A stretch of 64,000 bases of DNA from Octopus bimaculoides. Lineage: Eukaryota. How positions within the stretch are numbered: the stretch's first letter is position 1; the number at the start of each line of letters is the position of its first letter. The translations under genes were made by a program, and so were the position numbers. The stretch is taken from contig NC_068985.1 of the NCBI RefSeq assembly GCF_001194135.2, forward strand, positions 82,420,228-82,484,227, read 5' to 3'. The notes below the pieces were generated by a model. The model ran no database searches and was not told the DNA's origin. It saw nothing but the letters and a program-made list of their open reading frames with translations. Below, one piece after another: positions 13,061 through 26,215 of this stretch.

Positions 13061-14212
13061 CAGGGGGTCCCAGAAAGATTTACCTATTGATGTGTCTTAT
13101 TTATTCAAAATAAACTTAAAGTAGGATAATGAAATTTGACACACATTCTAATGTAAATTATCAATCCATTGCAATAATTACATTTCAAAATGACCACCTT
13201 TCACCTTGATCATAACCTGCAAATGGGTAGTCACTGATTTGCATGAGTGCCATACCACTGCTTCATCCAACTTGACCCATGAAGACAGAAGGGTTTTCTT
13301 CAGATCTGACACGTCTGAATAGGAGCGAGCAGAAACATTACTCTCTAAGATAGACCAGATAGCAAAGTCTATGGAATTGATGTCTGGACTTGAGGGAGGC
13401 CATATTGTCTTGTCCCCCAAACCAATGAAATGCTCTTTGCACCACTCTGTGTCAAATTGGATGTGTGTGCTGGAGCCCAGTCTTGAGTGAAGATGTAACT
13501 GTCGCCAAAGGTTTTTTTATGTTACCAGCTTTATAGTAACACTTTCTTATCCAACATTTCACTGTTGACCTTCACGCCAGCACTGATGAAGCCCAAGGAA
13601 GACTTATACTCATCAGATGCAACATGGTGAAGATCTCAGACCAGATCAACACTTTGTCAGTAGCACACTTCATCTCAGCTAAAATGGTTTTTCTCCTGTC
13701 GAGCCGTTTCATCTTGGAAGCTGCTGGAATTAACTGTCGAGATTGTTTCTTGTATGTAGTTAACTTTTAAATCCGCTTTAAAAATCCTGTGCATTGACAA
13801 TTTCAAAATATCAAGAGCTTTTGCAGTTTTTCTTGTACTCTTGTGAGGATTTCAGTTCATTTTCTTTCTTACAGCTTTAACAGTTTGTTTGGTATGAATT
13901 GATTGTTTCCTACCAGGAATTGGCTTGCTAGAGGTAGTAGCAGACTCCATATACTGTTTCAAGATATTGAACACCATTTTACGGTACACATTCAATTGTT
14001 TTGTTATGTACTTGTTGCTTATTCAAGCTGTTTTGGTCACATTTTGCTTTTGATGCAATGTTTGTTTACAAACCTGTTTTAGACAAACAAAACAATTGAC
14101 ACCTAAACAAAAGACATTTGTTCATCTTCCTGTAAAATGTAGATAATATTACCTGAACAGATATTCTTTAGGAAGAGTTTTAAACATGGGTAACTCTTTC
14201 TGGGACACCCTG
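13061..14212 (-). mobile_element. Tc1/mariner DD37D (maT/mori-type) transposon with both TIRs; transposase frameshifted
   Basis: The 24-bp TIRs CAGGGGGTCCCAGAAAGATTTACC and revcomp CAGGGTGTCCCAGAAAGAGTTACC differ at 2 positions. TA flanks the left end; the right flank is TG. The minus strand reads SYIFTQDWAPAHTSNLTQ/WCKEHFIGLGDKTIWPPSSPDINSIDFAIWSILE...KGGHFEM, with 37 residues between the second and third Asp when the frameshift is counted as one codon. Confidence 0.92.
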
Positions 14213-15833
14213 TGTATATCATTCTTTTTTGTTTACAAAATTTCTTAACAGTAATTCTTATGGTTGTTTCTTTCTAGTCTCACTTAGCAAGCTTGTACAT
14301 CTGTATAATTTTGGATGTATTATTTTCTCAACAAAATTTTAATTTGTCCTTGCATTTGCACACTACCTCCTAGTTTAAAATATTTTACATTTCGCAAATA
14401 TTTATAAACTTGCTTTCTACTTTTTTGTTATCTTTTTAAAATGTTTTTTGGTTAGGCAAGTGTGTCTATAGCCTTCTGTCTGGCTTTTAGTATTAAATGA
14501 TGCCAACCAGAACTTGTAATATGTTTACTTTTCTATTTGAAGTAAATGGAAAAAAAAAGTAATAAAAACAGAATAATCTATGTAAGTAGCCTTACAAAAT
14601 CCAAATGCTTGAGTAAATATTTTATTCAGCTCATAACAAACAAGACATTAGGTGATCAAAAGCAATGGCTTAGTGTACTTTGTTTGCTAGTTAAGGTATT
14701 AGTGGATACACTTGATGTCTGAATAAAATAGAATTCTTTTTTGAAGTTACTTTTTTTTTAATTGTATAAGTTCTTAAATTTCTAGAATTAAATCTTTACA
14801 AATAATGTCATCTGGTTATGTTTCTTGAAAGTATATTTTTGTGAAGGAAAAATATTCAGTAGTTCTCTTCTCAACTTCAAGTTTCATTTGAGTCTTTGTT
14901 GTGTTAGTCTTAGACAAATCTTTTGTCTATCTCTCTCAAGTTAATAAAAAAAAAAAAAAAAAAAGCTCTAGCCCAATTAGAGGAGACCACACTGTTTTGC
15001 TGTATGACAATAAACATTAACTTTTGAAATGTTGATACAATGGATATTTGCTTTTTGTGTTATTTGAGAAATTAATTGTTAGAAATACTTTTAATATTTT
15101 TTGTTGATGTCTTCTCTGATACTTAAGTTGTTAGAAATAGTGCACTAGCATTTGAAAGAAGCTTACCATTAGTTAACTAATTCAGATACTTCAGCTTTGT
15201 TACCGTAACATAGGATCAAGTGAAATTTATGTAACTTGTTTGGTCACACCTGCTAAAGAATGATTACAGTAATAAAAATAATTAACTGGGAATTTAATGT
15301 ATTAGTGGAACTTTTCTCTTGCAAGACTTTTTCTATATTTGTACTTGACTTAGCCCAGAGTTTGAAACAATAACACTGAAACTTGATAGCAATAAATTTA
15401 GAATGAGTTGCTGTCATTTAAATCTCACCTAGGTTAATTTATTCAATCAATCTTAACTTTTAAAGTCTGTAGTGCTTTCTCTCTGTAAATTTCCTAATCC
15501 TGTTAGAAAACAGAGATTTTGATGGACTGCAGCTCAGAATAAAAATCATGAAAACATAATTATTGCCTGAAAATGTATGAAATTTACTGATATGATATAA
15601 TGATCATCGATATACATTGTAAATGTGGCTTTTACAAGTTGAGTTTTCTGTTTTGTTTTTTTTGCTTGTTGTATCACTTTCACTTGCCAGGGTAAGCTGA
15701 ATACAAGCAGTGCAACTTCCATTTAAAGAGGAATTCTGAGGCATGCCTTCATCTTCTAATCAAAGGCTTTGTAAGGCCCAACTGATCTGTGTTACAGTTC
15801 TGTATTTAAGAGATGAGGAATTATGTACACTAT

Positions 15834-16071
15834 GAGCATATGGTATAGTGGTTAAGTGCACGGGCTACTAACCCCAAGATTCCAAGTTCGATTCCAGGCA
15901 GTGACCTGAATAATAATAACAACAACAACAACATCAAAAAATATCTTAGGAATGAGAACCCAGGTTCAAACTTTCCCCAAGACATCTGATGAAGGCTGGA
16001 GGGTATATCAGCCAAAACATGTTAACAACAAACAAAATGAGGACAAATATCCATCAATTGTAAATAATGTA
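15834..16071 (+). mobile_element. tRNA-derived SINE with (AAT/AAC)n linker and a Penelope-type hammerhead-like 3' region
   Basis: A box TGGTATAGTGG, anticodon-like stem-loop ggg-ctactaa-ccc, B box GTTCGATTCC. An (aat)/(aac) run follows, then CTGATGA-a-GGCTG-gagggtatat-CAGCC-aaaac. Confidence 0.85.
15981..16023 (+). ncRNA. Degenerate minimal type I hammerhead ribozyme motif inside the SINE
   Basis: CUGAUGA core at 15986-15992 and stem II GGCUG/CAGCC with a 10-nt loop. GAAA is changed to AAAA (CpG-type change), and stem III and the 3' strand of stem I are eroded in this copy. Confidence 0.55.
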
Positions 16072-16959
16072 GATCTGTGTTATTTACTCTTTATACAAGA
16101 ATTACACTCTCCTCATAAACTTGCGATATTCAGAGAGTCTCCAATTAAAATTATCAGTAAATTGGTTTTTCGTTTAATCCTTACAATTCACTAACAAAAG
16201 CATCACTGCAATATCAACTCCATGATAGCTCTACTTCTGCTCAGAATTGATAGATCCCAACAACATTTAGATCACTGGTTTTTATAGATGACATTAAAAT
16301 ACCACTTTAATTATTTTATCCAAATGGAAATTCTTTTTCTCTAATCAAATCGTTAATAAATAAATAAGTAATATCCCCAAATTGTAATACATTACTTTGA
16401 AGTATTAACTACCATTATGCTTGAAAATTGAAAGAAAAAAAAAATATATGGAGAAATTTGCTCCATAAAATGCAAAAAAATATTCTGCACACATGGTTCA
16501 CATATGAAGTCCTTTGACAAAAAGTTCTTTTGAAAATGAGGCTAAACTTTGTTTCTCGCATACTTGGCAACAGGTGCAGATTTCAGTTAATTGTGAATGC
16601 CTAAGTTGCAGATTCATTAAATGAAGGTTAATTCAGAAATATGGGAGGAAATAAATGTATAAAATAAGGGTTTTGAGTTGGAATCATATCAATGTATAAG
16701 CAAAAGACTTGCAAAGAGAGGAAGGTGGATGTAGCTCATCTGTGCTACCCTGACTTCATACTTCCACTTCATAGTCGCATACATATACAGTATCTCTGTC
16801 ATTTCAAGCCAACAATTGAACCTGGGAAGTTCTCTCCATTAGTTTCATACACTGCACACCAGATCTAGCCCCTATACTCCCTTAACTTTTCGTTCTTTTT
16901 TTTCTACTTCTTTCATCTTCTCCTCTTCTCTCTCCCCACACTATTCCTCCCGCCTTGCT

Positions 16960-17110
16960 CTACAGAGATATGTTTTGCTCTTTGGAAACCTGCTACATTG
17001 TATCTGTTTCCAAAGAAGGGCCAACTATTGGTCTACTTTCCAACAATTCAGAAGTAATGGAGACTGCCATTACAATCAGCTTCAGTACCTACTAGTTGTC
17101 ATGAAGGAAA
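16960..17110 (+). mobile_element. CR1-like RT N-terminal fragment
   Basis: FALWKPATLYLFPKKG..NY..., then EVMETAI, resembling FPxxWKxAxVxPxPKKG...NYRPI...SKVME. Confidence 0.45.
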
Positions 17111-18089
17111 ATCTTTTTATTTTCTTAATGACAACTAGTGCACTCAAATCACATGCTGTCCTCTCTCTCTCTCTCTCTTTCCCTCCCTCCCTCTCATCCC
17201 TCCGTTCCTCCCATGCTGCCATTTCTACCACCACTACAATGTCTTCTGCCTCTTAAAACTGTCTATTCATATGCTACATCCACTAAAGCTTTCTCAGCTC
17301 ACTCATTCTCTCTTCTTATCACATATTCTGTCCTTTCACCCAAACACCTTAGAATTCCTCACCTGTATGTCTTAACTTGTAGCTGTTCAAGGGAAACATT
17401 ATCCCTGTTGATCTCACAGGTCTTGGAGTGCCTGAAAGGTAATGGCCACACCCCTTTAATCTGATTAATAAAATAAATGGTTACTTAATTGATGGCTGTT
17501 CATTTCACTGAGGTAGGTGATAGACTAAGTAGATGAAATATGGATATTCTGGCATGCATTTTATGTGTCTTCTATTGAAATTAGGTGTGGAATGAAGAAG
17601 CAAGTGATCAGTTGTATAACATTGTGTTTATGGTAGAAAGGCATTTTACATATTTTATATAGTGTATTGAACAATGAAGAAGTTATGCAGACATAAAAGA
17701 TAAGTTTCACTAAAATGCAACTTCTGTCTGCAACAGAGTTTGAGTCAACTGAGAATTCTTCACATTGTTTGTGAATCTGCTGGAAATAAATTTCCTTTAA
17801 GTTACTCTCTGCCTTCCTGTGTGACAATCAGGGACATGAGAATCTAGTTATACTAATGAATGGCAAATATGTCAGTATAAGACAGTGTGTAAAGAGCCAA
17901 AAAGATGTTTTTAACATTGAAGCTACTGAAGATGATGACTTCAGAAAAGGGTGAGTTGAGATATCTTTAAATTTGGATGAAACATAGCTGAACAATTGCT
18001 GGAGGTCTTTGGAGAAAGTTAGAGAGAGCAGATGTGTTTAGAAGAATGAGGGAGGTTTTTAGACTGGGAAGATGACACCGAATTATGTG

Positions 18090-18320
18090 TCAACTGTTAG
18101 CACAACCTTCTAAGGCTTTACCAATGTGACTATTGCTCAATGTTCTATCTGAGAGTGGGCCATTACTAGGAAACCCTATAATAAATAGTGACACTTTCAA
18201 AAGTAGAGTGCAGTAAGATGCAACATGTGATATATTATCTTGAGACCAGAGATAATATGGAGTGAACAAAGCTGAAAACACCTTGAGATCAAATGGCAGT
18301 ATTAAAATGAGTAACATATT
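18090..18320 (-). mobile_element. Possible CR1-like RT fragment
   Basis: Weak similarity of LPFDLKVF...LLKVSLFIIG...LSDRTLS to the ALDISKAF...FLSDRxI RT segment. Confidence 0.3.
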
Positions 18321-19280
18321 ATTCCGGTCCCCTGTAAAACAAGCAAATGAATGTAGTTTTGGTGTTTTATCATGGCATCAACACTGGAAGGACTGTCTTA
18401 CTGCACTTGCTCCTTTCAGCCTTGTTTCTTTCATGTAAGCCATGTCCTACCAGAAAAGTTATAAATCAAATGCAGAAATCATGGACTTGTTAAATGTTCA
18501 TTTTAAAAAAAATTTTGCATCTGAGAAGTCTTTTGTAGAAAAGAAGAGAAAATCTCTTGTGAAATTTTAAAAAAATATTAAATTATCTGAAAAATTCAGA
18601 TTCTAATACTTTACAAATATCTAACAAAACTTTTGATGAGGAATAAACTTTCAGCTATATGAATTCAAAGCAAAATATCTTATTTTGAAATTCTGTAAGA
18701 AAATATGAATGCATAGATCTGCTCTTCATGAATTGTGATCTTGCATTGAAATTTATTTTCTGGTGCATAAATAAACTTAGTGATGGATTGAAGGCTAATT
18801 TTCAATATCATAAATATTAGAAATTGAAAAAAACCAAAAAAACAAAACAAAAAAAAACTGTTGCATATATTGTTTCATAATGTTGATGTGTGAAGTAGTA
18901 AGAGGCATTTAATATTGAAATTAGAGATCTTTATTTGAATAAATTGTGCAAATCTATGGAAACTAATAGATGTGGAATACCAAAATTGATGGTGTAAATC
19001 TTCCTATCCATTTATACGAACTGCACCAACTAATAATATATATCAGAAATTTTCGTTTGAAATATTACATATACTGATTAGTTGTCAATAAAAATAATGT
19101 AAAAATTTTACATTTAATAAAATGCAATGGGTTTTACACTCCAGTTACATTGGTAGAGGTGAACCGTAGTGAGAAATTTTACTCTGCTGAAGCTGGTATT
19201 TTAATCCAAATAAAACTGCAAACTTTTATTGTAAATTACAATTTATCAGTTTCTTATATACATATGCACACACACATGCA

Positions 19281-20295
19281 TGAGAGTCGGCTGAAAGTTC
19301 ATAGGCTGACAAAAATACTCTCATCGAATACGACCAAATGAGGTTTATTTTACAACGTAATCTCACATTGCAGTCCACACATTTCTTCTATCAGTGTTGC
19401 AGTGCTTGGATCCCATTGGTGAAGGAGCTTTCATCCTGTTGCTCAAAAAAGTGATCAACAGCAGATACACCATCATCACTGTAAAACTGGTCCCTAACCA
19501 AGTGTTCTTTTTTTTATGTTGGGAAACAGATGATAGTCAGATAGGGCAAAATCAGGAGAATAGGGAAGCTACTTGATCAGTTAACAGCCGCAGTCATGTG
19601 CAACAGCCATTGAAGCCAAGGACCCGTGTGCTGGAGCATTGTCCCGTTGAAACGAGGCCCCTTTTATCAATTTTCCTGGGCATTTGGTCTTGTTAGTCTT
19701 CCATAACTGCATTAGCAAGTTGGCATTGTACTCTGCAGTGATGGTATGTCCCTTTTGAAGGTGGTGAATAATCACAATGCCTTTTGCAACCCGCTAAAAA
19801 CTGAGGCCATTACCTTTCCTGCATATGAAACGATCTTGGCCTTCTTTGGAGTAAGTCTGGAGCGGTGTTTCTACTGCATGGATTGTCTTTTTGTTTCTGA
19901 CTCAAAGTATTGAAGCCAACACTCATCGTGGGTAAGGAAACTGGCTGAATCAGCTTCATATTTTAAAATTTTCCCATGATGGGATCAGCCTGGTGTGCTT
20001 TTGATCAGGTGTCAGAAGATGTGGCATCCACCGAGCAGAATCCTTTGCTATGACAAGTTCATTGTGCCGAATGTTTTCAACTCTCTCACAGGATATGCCA
20101 ATAGCATTGGCTTTTTGATTTATAATCAGTTGCCTGTCATCCACCATCATGTGGTGAACATGATCAATGTTTACCTTGGTGGTGGTGGTTGTAAGAAGTC
20201 CAGGCATTGGGTTATCTGTAATACTCTCCCTCCCCCTCCTAAATTCAGCTGCCCATTTTAGCACTGTTGACAAAGCTAGAGCAGCATCCCCCAAT
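19281..20295 (-). mobile_element. Mariner (DD34D) transposon, 5'-truncated and decayed
   Basis: Minus-strand motifs LGDAA.ALSTVLKWAAEFRRGRESITD, WMPHLLTPDQK, FQRDNAPAH and LPYSPDFALSDYHLFP. A mariner-type TIR (tgagagtcggctgaaagttcataggctgac) starts at 19281. Homology stops at a TG/TA microsatellite near 20295. Confidence 0.9.
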
Positions 20296-23200
20296 GTATA
20301 TACATGTGTGTGTATGTGCGTGTGTGTGTGTGTGTGTTTTACTGTCTTCTTGCCTTGACATCATGTGATAGTTGTAGGCAAATGTCCCTGTCATGCAAGC
20401 AGTATCATTTGTTTCCAATTTTCCATGAAAACATGTCTGGGCATGGTGAAATATTAGCTTACTTGTAAATAGGTGAGAATTGTTAGCCGGAAGGTCATCT
20501 GCCATACAAAATCTCTCTGGTCCATGTCAACATGGAGAAGTGTTTCATATATATGTATATAATGCAGATGATGTTTTCAACTGAGATGCTACAATCATAT
20601 TTGTTTTTCACGCACGTCAATTCTGTGTATGTATATATATTTACTAATTTCCTGATATATACATTGATATATACATTGTTTTGATGCACCATTTTTTATC
20701 ATTAATAAAACTGTCAGAATTTTTATGACATCAGAATGTTACTATTTACTGTAAAACTTCAAATATGATAGATTTTTTTTTCTTTTTTTTTTAAATATAA
20801 GGTCTAAAAGATTTAACCACTGTTTTACAGACTTGTAATGTTATCTCTTTTATTTTAATTTCAGTTTTGCAAAGCTATAAAAACTGATATTTAATGAATC
20901 AAGATATTGCTATTACAACAGTGAAAATTCTGTGTAAAACTGAATTTCAAGGAAAAATAATTTAATTTAAGAAATATGCTTGTTTCAAATTCATTTAATT
21001 AACTTCAGGATTAATGATTACAAAATAGTTTTTATCTTGCATGAAAAAACAAACAACAGAAGTATATATATATATATATAATCTCACTGAAGCTTTCAGT
21101 AGTATAATTTCTTTAATTCAATATTTTGATATAAGATTATTAAAGTTACCATGAAGAATTTTGATATTACTTATTTGTTAAATGGGTATCTTGATTCTTT
21201 TTTCTTATTTTAATTAGAAACTAGTAAGTAGATTATAGAAATGATTTTAAGTAAAATATTTCAAATAATTTATGTAGATTAGTTTTCATGTTCTTGCACA
21301 AAATATCTTGTAAACATCTAGCTTTAAATTTATAGCAGTTAGCAATTAGAGGAAAAAGAAAAAAAAAAGACAAACATTTTAGGTTTCTTGTCATTGAATT
21401 ACACGTTTCTTTTTAAGAATACAACCGGTAGCGTTATGCCTTGATTAAAAAGCTTCTTTATATCTAGTAGGTTAGTCTTACCTTGATTATTGTACAACTT
21501 AAAAAAATATGACTATAAACTTGACAAGCAGTACCCAGTTATTGTGGAAAGATTATAAAATAAAAAATTAATTAATTTTGTTATTTCATCAGATTTGAAA
21601 ATTCCTTTCAAAATGTTCTAATGATATGTGTTTGTATGATAGAAAAGGCAGTATAGTGCAAATGAGATGAGGAAGCAGTTGACTATTAAAGCCATTAACT
21701 AACATATATATGAGAACAAGTGCACTGGTATAGATAATAGGATTATCTTTTGATAGTGGAAGGTATCCAAGATAGCAAAGGACCATCAATGGCATAGAAA
21801 AAAAAAATGAGGAAATTACTTCTGAGGATGTTTTACCTCAGAGATAAAAATGACATGGGATCAGAAAGAATAGTGATATAATAAACTGATCAACACATGC
21901 CAACATAAAAAAAAAGACAAGATTAATATCTTGTCAATGATAATGAGACTGGATATAATCTTAATGTTGAAGTAGCTTTGATTCTAAATGTTATAATCAG
22001 GAGGGGTTAGTGGATTTTTACTCAATGAGACTTAGAATATTTTGCTATATTTATTATATACTATAAATTCTTTTATATTTTTAGTTTCTAATTAACTTAA
22101 AAACTGACTCAATAATTATGGAGTAAATGGAAATTAGTCTATTTCCTTGTTGCAGTATTAATGTAAATTTATATAAACCAGGGCATTAGCTCAGATGTTC
22201 CTTTATGTCCAATTATCTCATCACCTTTTGTTCATTAAAGAGTTGTTCGTTCTCATTTTCAACCCCTTTTTTTAATCATTTTATATGTATCGTGACCTCA
22301 AAATCTTGTGTAATTAATAATAATAATTTTTTATTAATCCTTGAAAATTAAGACTGGTTTATATTTTTGAACTAGGTCATTTTGTTAACCCAATAAGGTC
22401 ATGAAACTAGATTTTAATTTCTAGCTAGAACCATTTTACATATATTGTTTTGAAAAAACATGAACTTCAAATCACCTTATTTTCCCAGCTCTAAAATCTG
22501 AGGCATCTCTAATTGATAATTAAAGACAAAGAATAGTAAAATGTTAAATTATTCTATAAATTTGAAGTGCGCAAATAAAATGATTCACTTAAAAAAAATT
22601 AGTATCCCAAATCTTACGTCTAACAGTAGAAACAAAGTAAAATGGTCAATCCTTTAAAGTTAATAAATCCTTTCTGTTTGAAAATCTTTAACTTATCATT
22701 CTGATTCATCTATTTATTTTCCCTTTTGAAGCTTATTTAAGGTCAGCATTGAAAAGAAAAAGGAAAAATAATCTTCATTTACATTAAATGCAGGCTGGCT
22801 GTTTCAAATCATTATGGCTGAAAGTATGCTTGTCTCCAAAAATAGGGAATACATTGATTTAAAGAAAAACACTTTTTTAAAATTTAAAAAAAAATCATTT
22901 TAAATTTAAAAATTGAAATTAAAAAAAATTTCCCTCACTTTCTTTCTCTCTCACTTTCTCCACCTCTACTAGTTTTTACTTTCATCGATACTTGAAGCTT
23001 AATATATTTTGGGGTTTGCTTATATTTCTTTTTTTACCTCCCATTTTCCTTTTTTGGCTCTGTGTTGCAATGGATTTTAAATGCATCTTCTGTTAAATGT
23101 AGTGGAACATTCTATCAAAACCTCAAAGGTTATTTGCATAAACTGATGATCTTCGCTGAACTTTGCTCTATATTTATGAGAAATTTGCTAAGGATCTTTT

Positions 23201-25340
23201 AATTATGAAAAGATGAAGTCTTTTAACCAGCCCCTACTGATTGTTGATGGCTACTTGCATGCAAATTTCTGAGAATCTGTTTAGTTCGCAATGTCTTATT
23301 GATTTCTTTTATGACGTATGCATGGTTTGCTGTGAACATGCACACATTTTTGCAGGCACATGCAGTCGACGTTTTCTTCTACTCCCTATATTGAACTCTC
23401 CTTAACAAAACACTTGTGATAGTATTAATCGCATGTATTAAATGAACTATAGCATATCTAGCTTCAAAGACTGAAGTCTAACAGAGCTTGTTTGAGATAC
23501 TGAGTCATCTGATTTCTCCCATTTCTGTAAAATAGAAATTTTTTCAAGGTCTTTACTTGTTTTTTAGTCTGAGTTTTTGAATTTGAAAATACTATATGAA
23601 GAGACAAGCCAAAAATAAGGTAAACAAAATAACTGAAAAATCTTTTTGTTTTTCCTATTTGGCCAGTTACTCATATTTGTATTTTTTATACTTAAATCTT
23701 GCATTACAGTGATACCTTGCAAAATGGCTGGCTTTGAAATAGAAATTCAAATTGCCTCAGTAGATATTATTGTTTTCAAAAGCTATAAAAATATAGAGAT
23801 TTAAAAACCAACGTTTATATACAAACTAAATCTTAAAACAGTAATTAATATAAAATTATTTTGAAAAAAAAGTAAAATAATTTTACTAAAATTATTGTTT
23901 CAGTATGGAAAATTCCATATGTGAGCACTGTTTCTTTTATATGTATTTTATATCCTTAATAAAAGGTCTTATATTAAATATGTTTAAGTTCTTATAATTA
24001 CTATAAGGCATATATTCACACATGCAAGATTATGTATATCACTGACTCATAAAAGAAATTATTGCATGGACATACACAAATAAACACATTAATAACAACA
24101 CCTTCTGAAAATAGAATTCTCTATCTTGTATTATCATTTTGTATTAAACTTTAAGAAATAAGATGACTGCTATCAGAAATAATTTATTTAATTAGAAGAC
24201 GATAATTAAATTCTTTATTTTCTGGTTGTTTGCAAGCAGTTTATAGTGTAGCATAGAGTTAGTATTAATTTTGACAAGTTACTGGAAAAAATAATTTTAG
24301 TAATTTCTCTTAGGGAATATACTTTTTCGATATTTTGTTTCATTCATATAAGATGCACTGAGGTATTTTAATTATAAATTGCATCTGATATTTTTTTCCT
24401 TAAATTAAAAATATTTATAGTTAAAGTTATTCTTAAAATGCTATTTCGAAAGTACTAAATATTTATTTACATATTGTTACTAGATAACCTCTCCTAGAGA
24501 AAGGATTTTCATTTAACTAGTCCATAGTATTTGTTATTTGAATGATAGTTATATATCTTTATTTCCTTTCTTTTTTAGAATTTATTCATTGTAATTTTTG
24601 GTTTTTATCAAGTGTAAATGATCTTGCATGATCCTTTCATTTTCTATTGATTTTATGTAAAGGCATATAATCTTATAGTTTAACTAATTTTAAGTCTTGA
24701 GACTACCTATGAAGCTCAAACTGCTAATTTTTATAAGGACTGATATAATTAAAACAGGCATTATTTTTTTAGTACATGTAATGAGGTTCTGCAGTTGCTT
24801 TCAATAAAATATTTTCTTAAAAAACCTGCTCCTCAAAAGATTCTAAAATTAGTATCATTGATTCTGCTTAGAAAATTTTCTTTGTTTGCTACTGCTTGTT
24901 AATGTACTAATGAAAATTTTGTTCTGTAAGAACTTGGCACTGGATCTCTGGAGCTCTGTAGGATATTCTAATTACTGATGTATTCTGTTGATTTGTTTTC
25001 TTCAGTTTCAGAGCACATATTTGAATTTTCCATTTTTCCAATCTATACAATTAGGAATCATTAATAAAACTGTTCATTTTAATTAGTCCATGTGCAGAAA
25101 GTTGAAGATTTTTCAGTAGTTAACATTCTACATCAATTAATTTTGCCATAATCTGTTTCATGAACTGCATAGCCTAGTCATCTACATACATATACTCTTA
25201 ATGTTCATTGTTTGGTGCAGTTCTACTAATCAAACAACTTTGGAACTTGAGTATTTCTGAATTATCAGATATGCTTGTCTACCAGAATTTAGTGATTTAA
25301 AAAGCATCAAAGTTGTTTTTTACCTGGTTGTAAAATAACT

Positions 25341-25550
25341 GTGTACAAGGAAGAAGACTGTGCTGGTTTGGACACATGATGTGTATGGATGAAAATAACT
25401 ATATAAAGAAGTGCCGATAACTAAATGTAGCCAGGACTTGCAGAAAAGGGAGATTCAGGAAGCCATTGGATGAAGTAGTTAAGGCTGACCTCAGGAGTCT
25501 GAACTTGATTAAAATGACGACAATGGACTAGGATCTCTGACGGTATTAAG
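25341..25550 (+). mobile_element. RTE-clade LINE 3' coding end
   Basis: VQGRRLCWFGHMMCMDENNYIKKCR*LNVARTCRKGRFRKPLDEVVKADLRSLNL matches the RLRWFGHVxRM...GRPRKxW..VxxDL motif. Confidence 0.8.
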
Positions 25551-25964
25551 TTCTGGTAATGATCCATCTCCATCAACAAAACTGAGTTCTGGAAGTGATA
25601 TGTATTGTGCTCTCCACTCATGTGCATAAGACCTACTTCTCCCTGTCTCAACTCCTGACTCCAGCAAAATACCAACCATATCATCCCACTTTCTTGTCCT
25701 TTCCCTCTGACAACTGTATCATTTTCACTACTCTTGCTGCTTGCTGCCCCTACTCTCTTCCACCTCATGGCTCCTTGCTTATCCACCCTTCAATACTACC
25801 CATTATAGCAGTTTGGCTGCTCCTACAGTTCATATTCTGGTAGTTTTGCAGCTCCTTCTGTTCATATTCTGTTTCTTCCCTTCTACTAGATGTCAGTAGT
25901 CATGCAGACTCTCAACAAGAACCTGCACTGCCTTCATTTATTATAGTTCACTCCTCTTGTCCAT

Positions 25965-26215
25965 TAGCATGAAGCTGCCCTCTCCCACCGGACTTGTAGT
26001 TCTGAAAGCTGCATGGTGACCTCAATGGTGCAGGCAACATGAAAAAAAGCACTGAGTTCATGCTGTAAAGTGGCTACCATTAGGAAGAGCATCCAGCCAT
26101 AACAACTGTGCCAAAACAGACATTGGAGTTTGATGCAGTCCTTGAACACATTGAATCCTGTCAGACCATCCAACCCATACCAACATGGAATGCAGAGGTT
26201 AAATGATAATGATAT
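25965..26215 (+). mobile_element. SINE/RTE-derived 3' region with (TGA/TAA) tail
   Basis: aggaagagcatccagccataac...ccatccaacccataccaacatggaatgcagaggttaaatgataatgat; same family as 32511-32620 and 35377-35790. Confidence 0.75.

Noticed and set aside
14943-14963. AATAAA plus poly-A run as a processed pseudogene tail
   Set aside because: No recognisable retrocopy body or TSD upstream.
15834-15906. Possible true tRNA gene
   Set aside because: No complete acceptor stem, and it continues into repeat body sequence; it is a SINE head.
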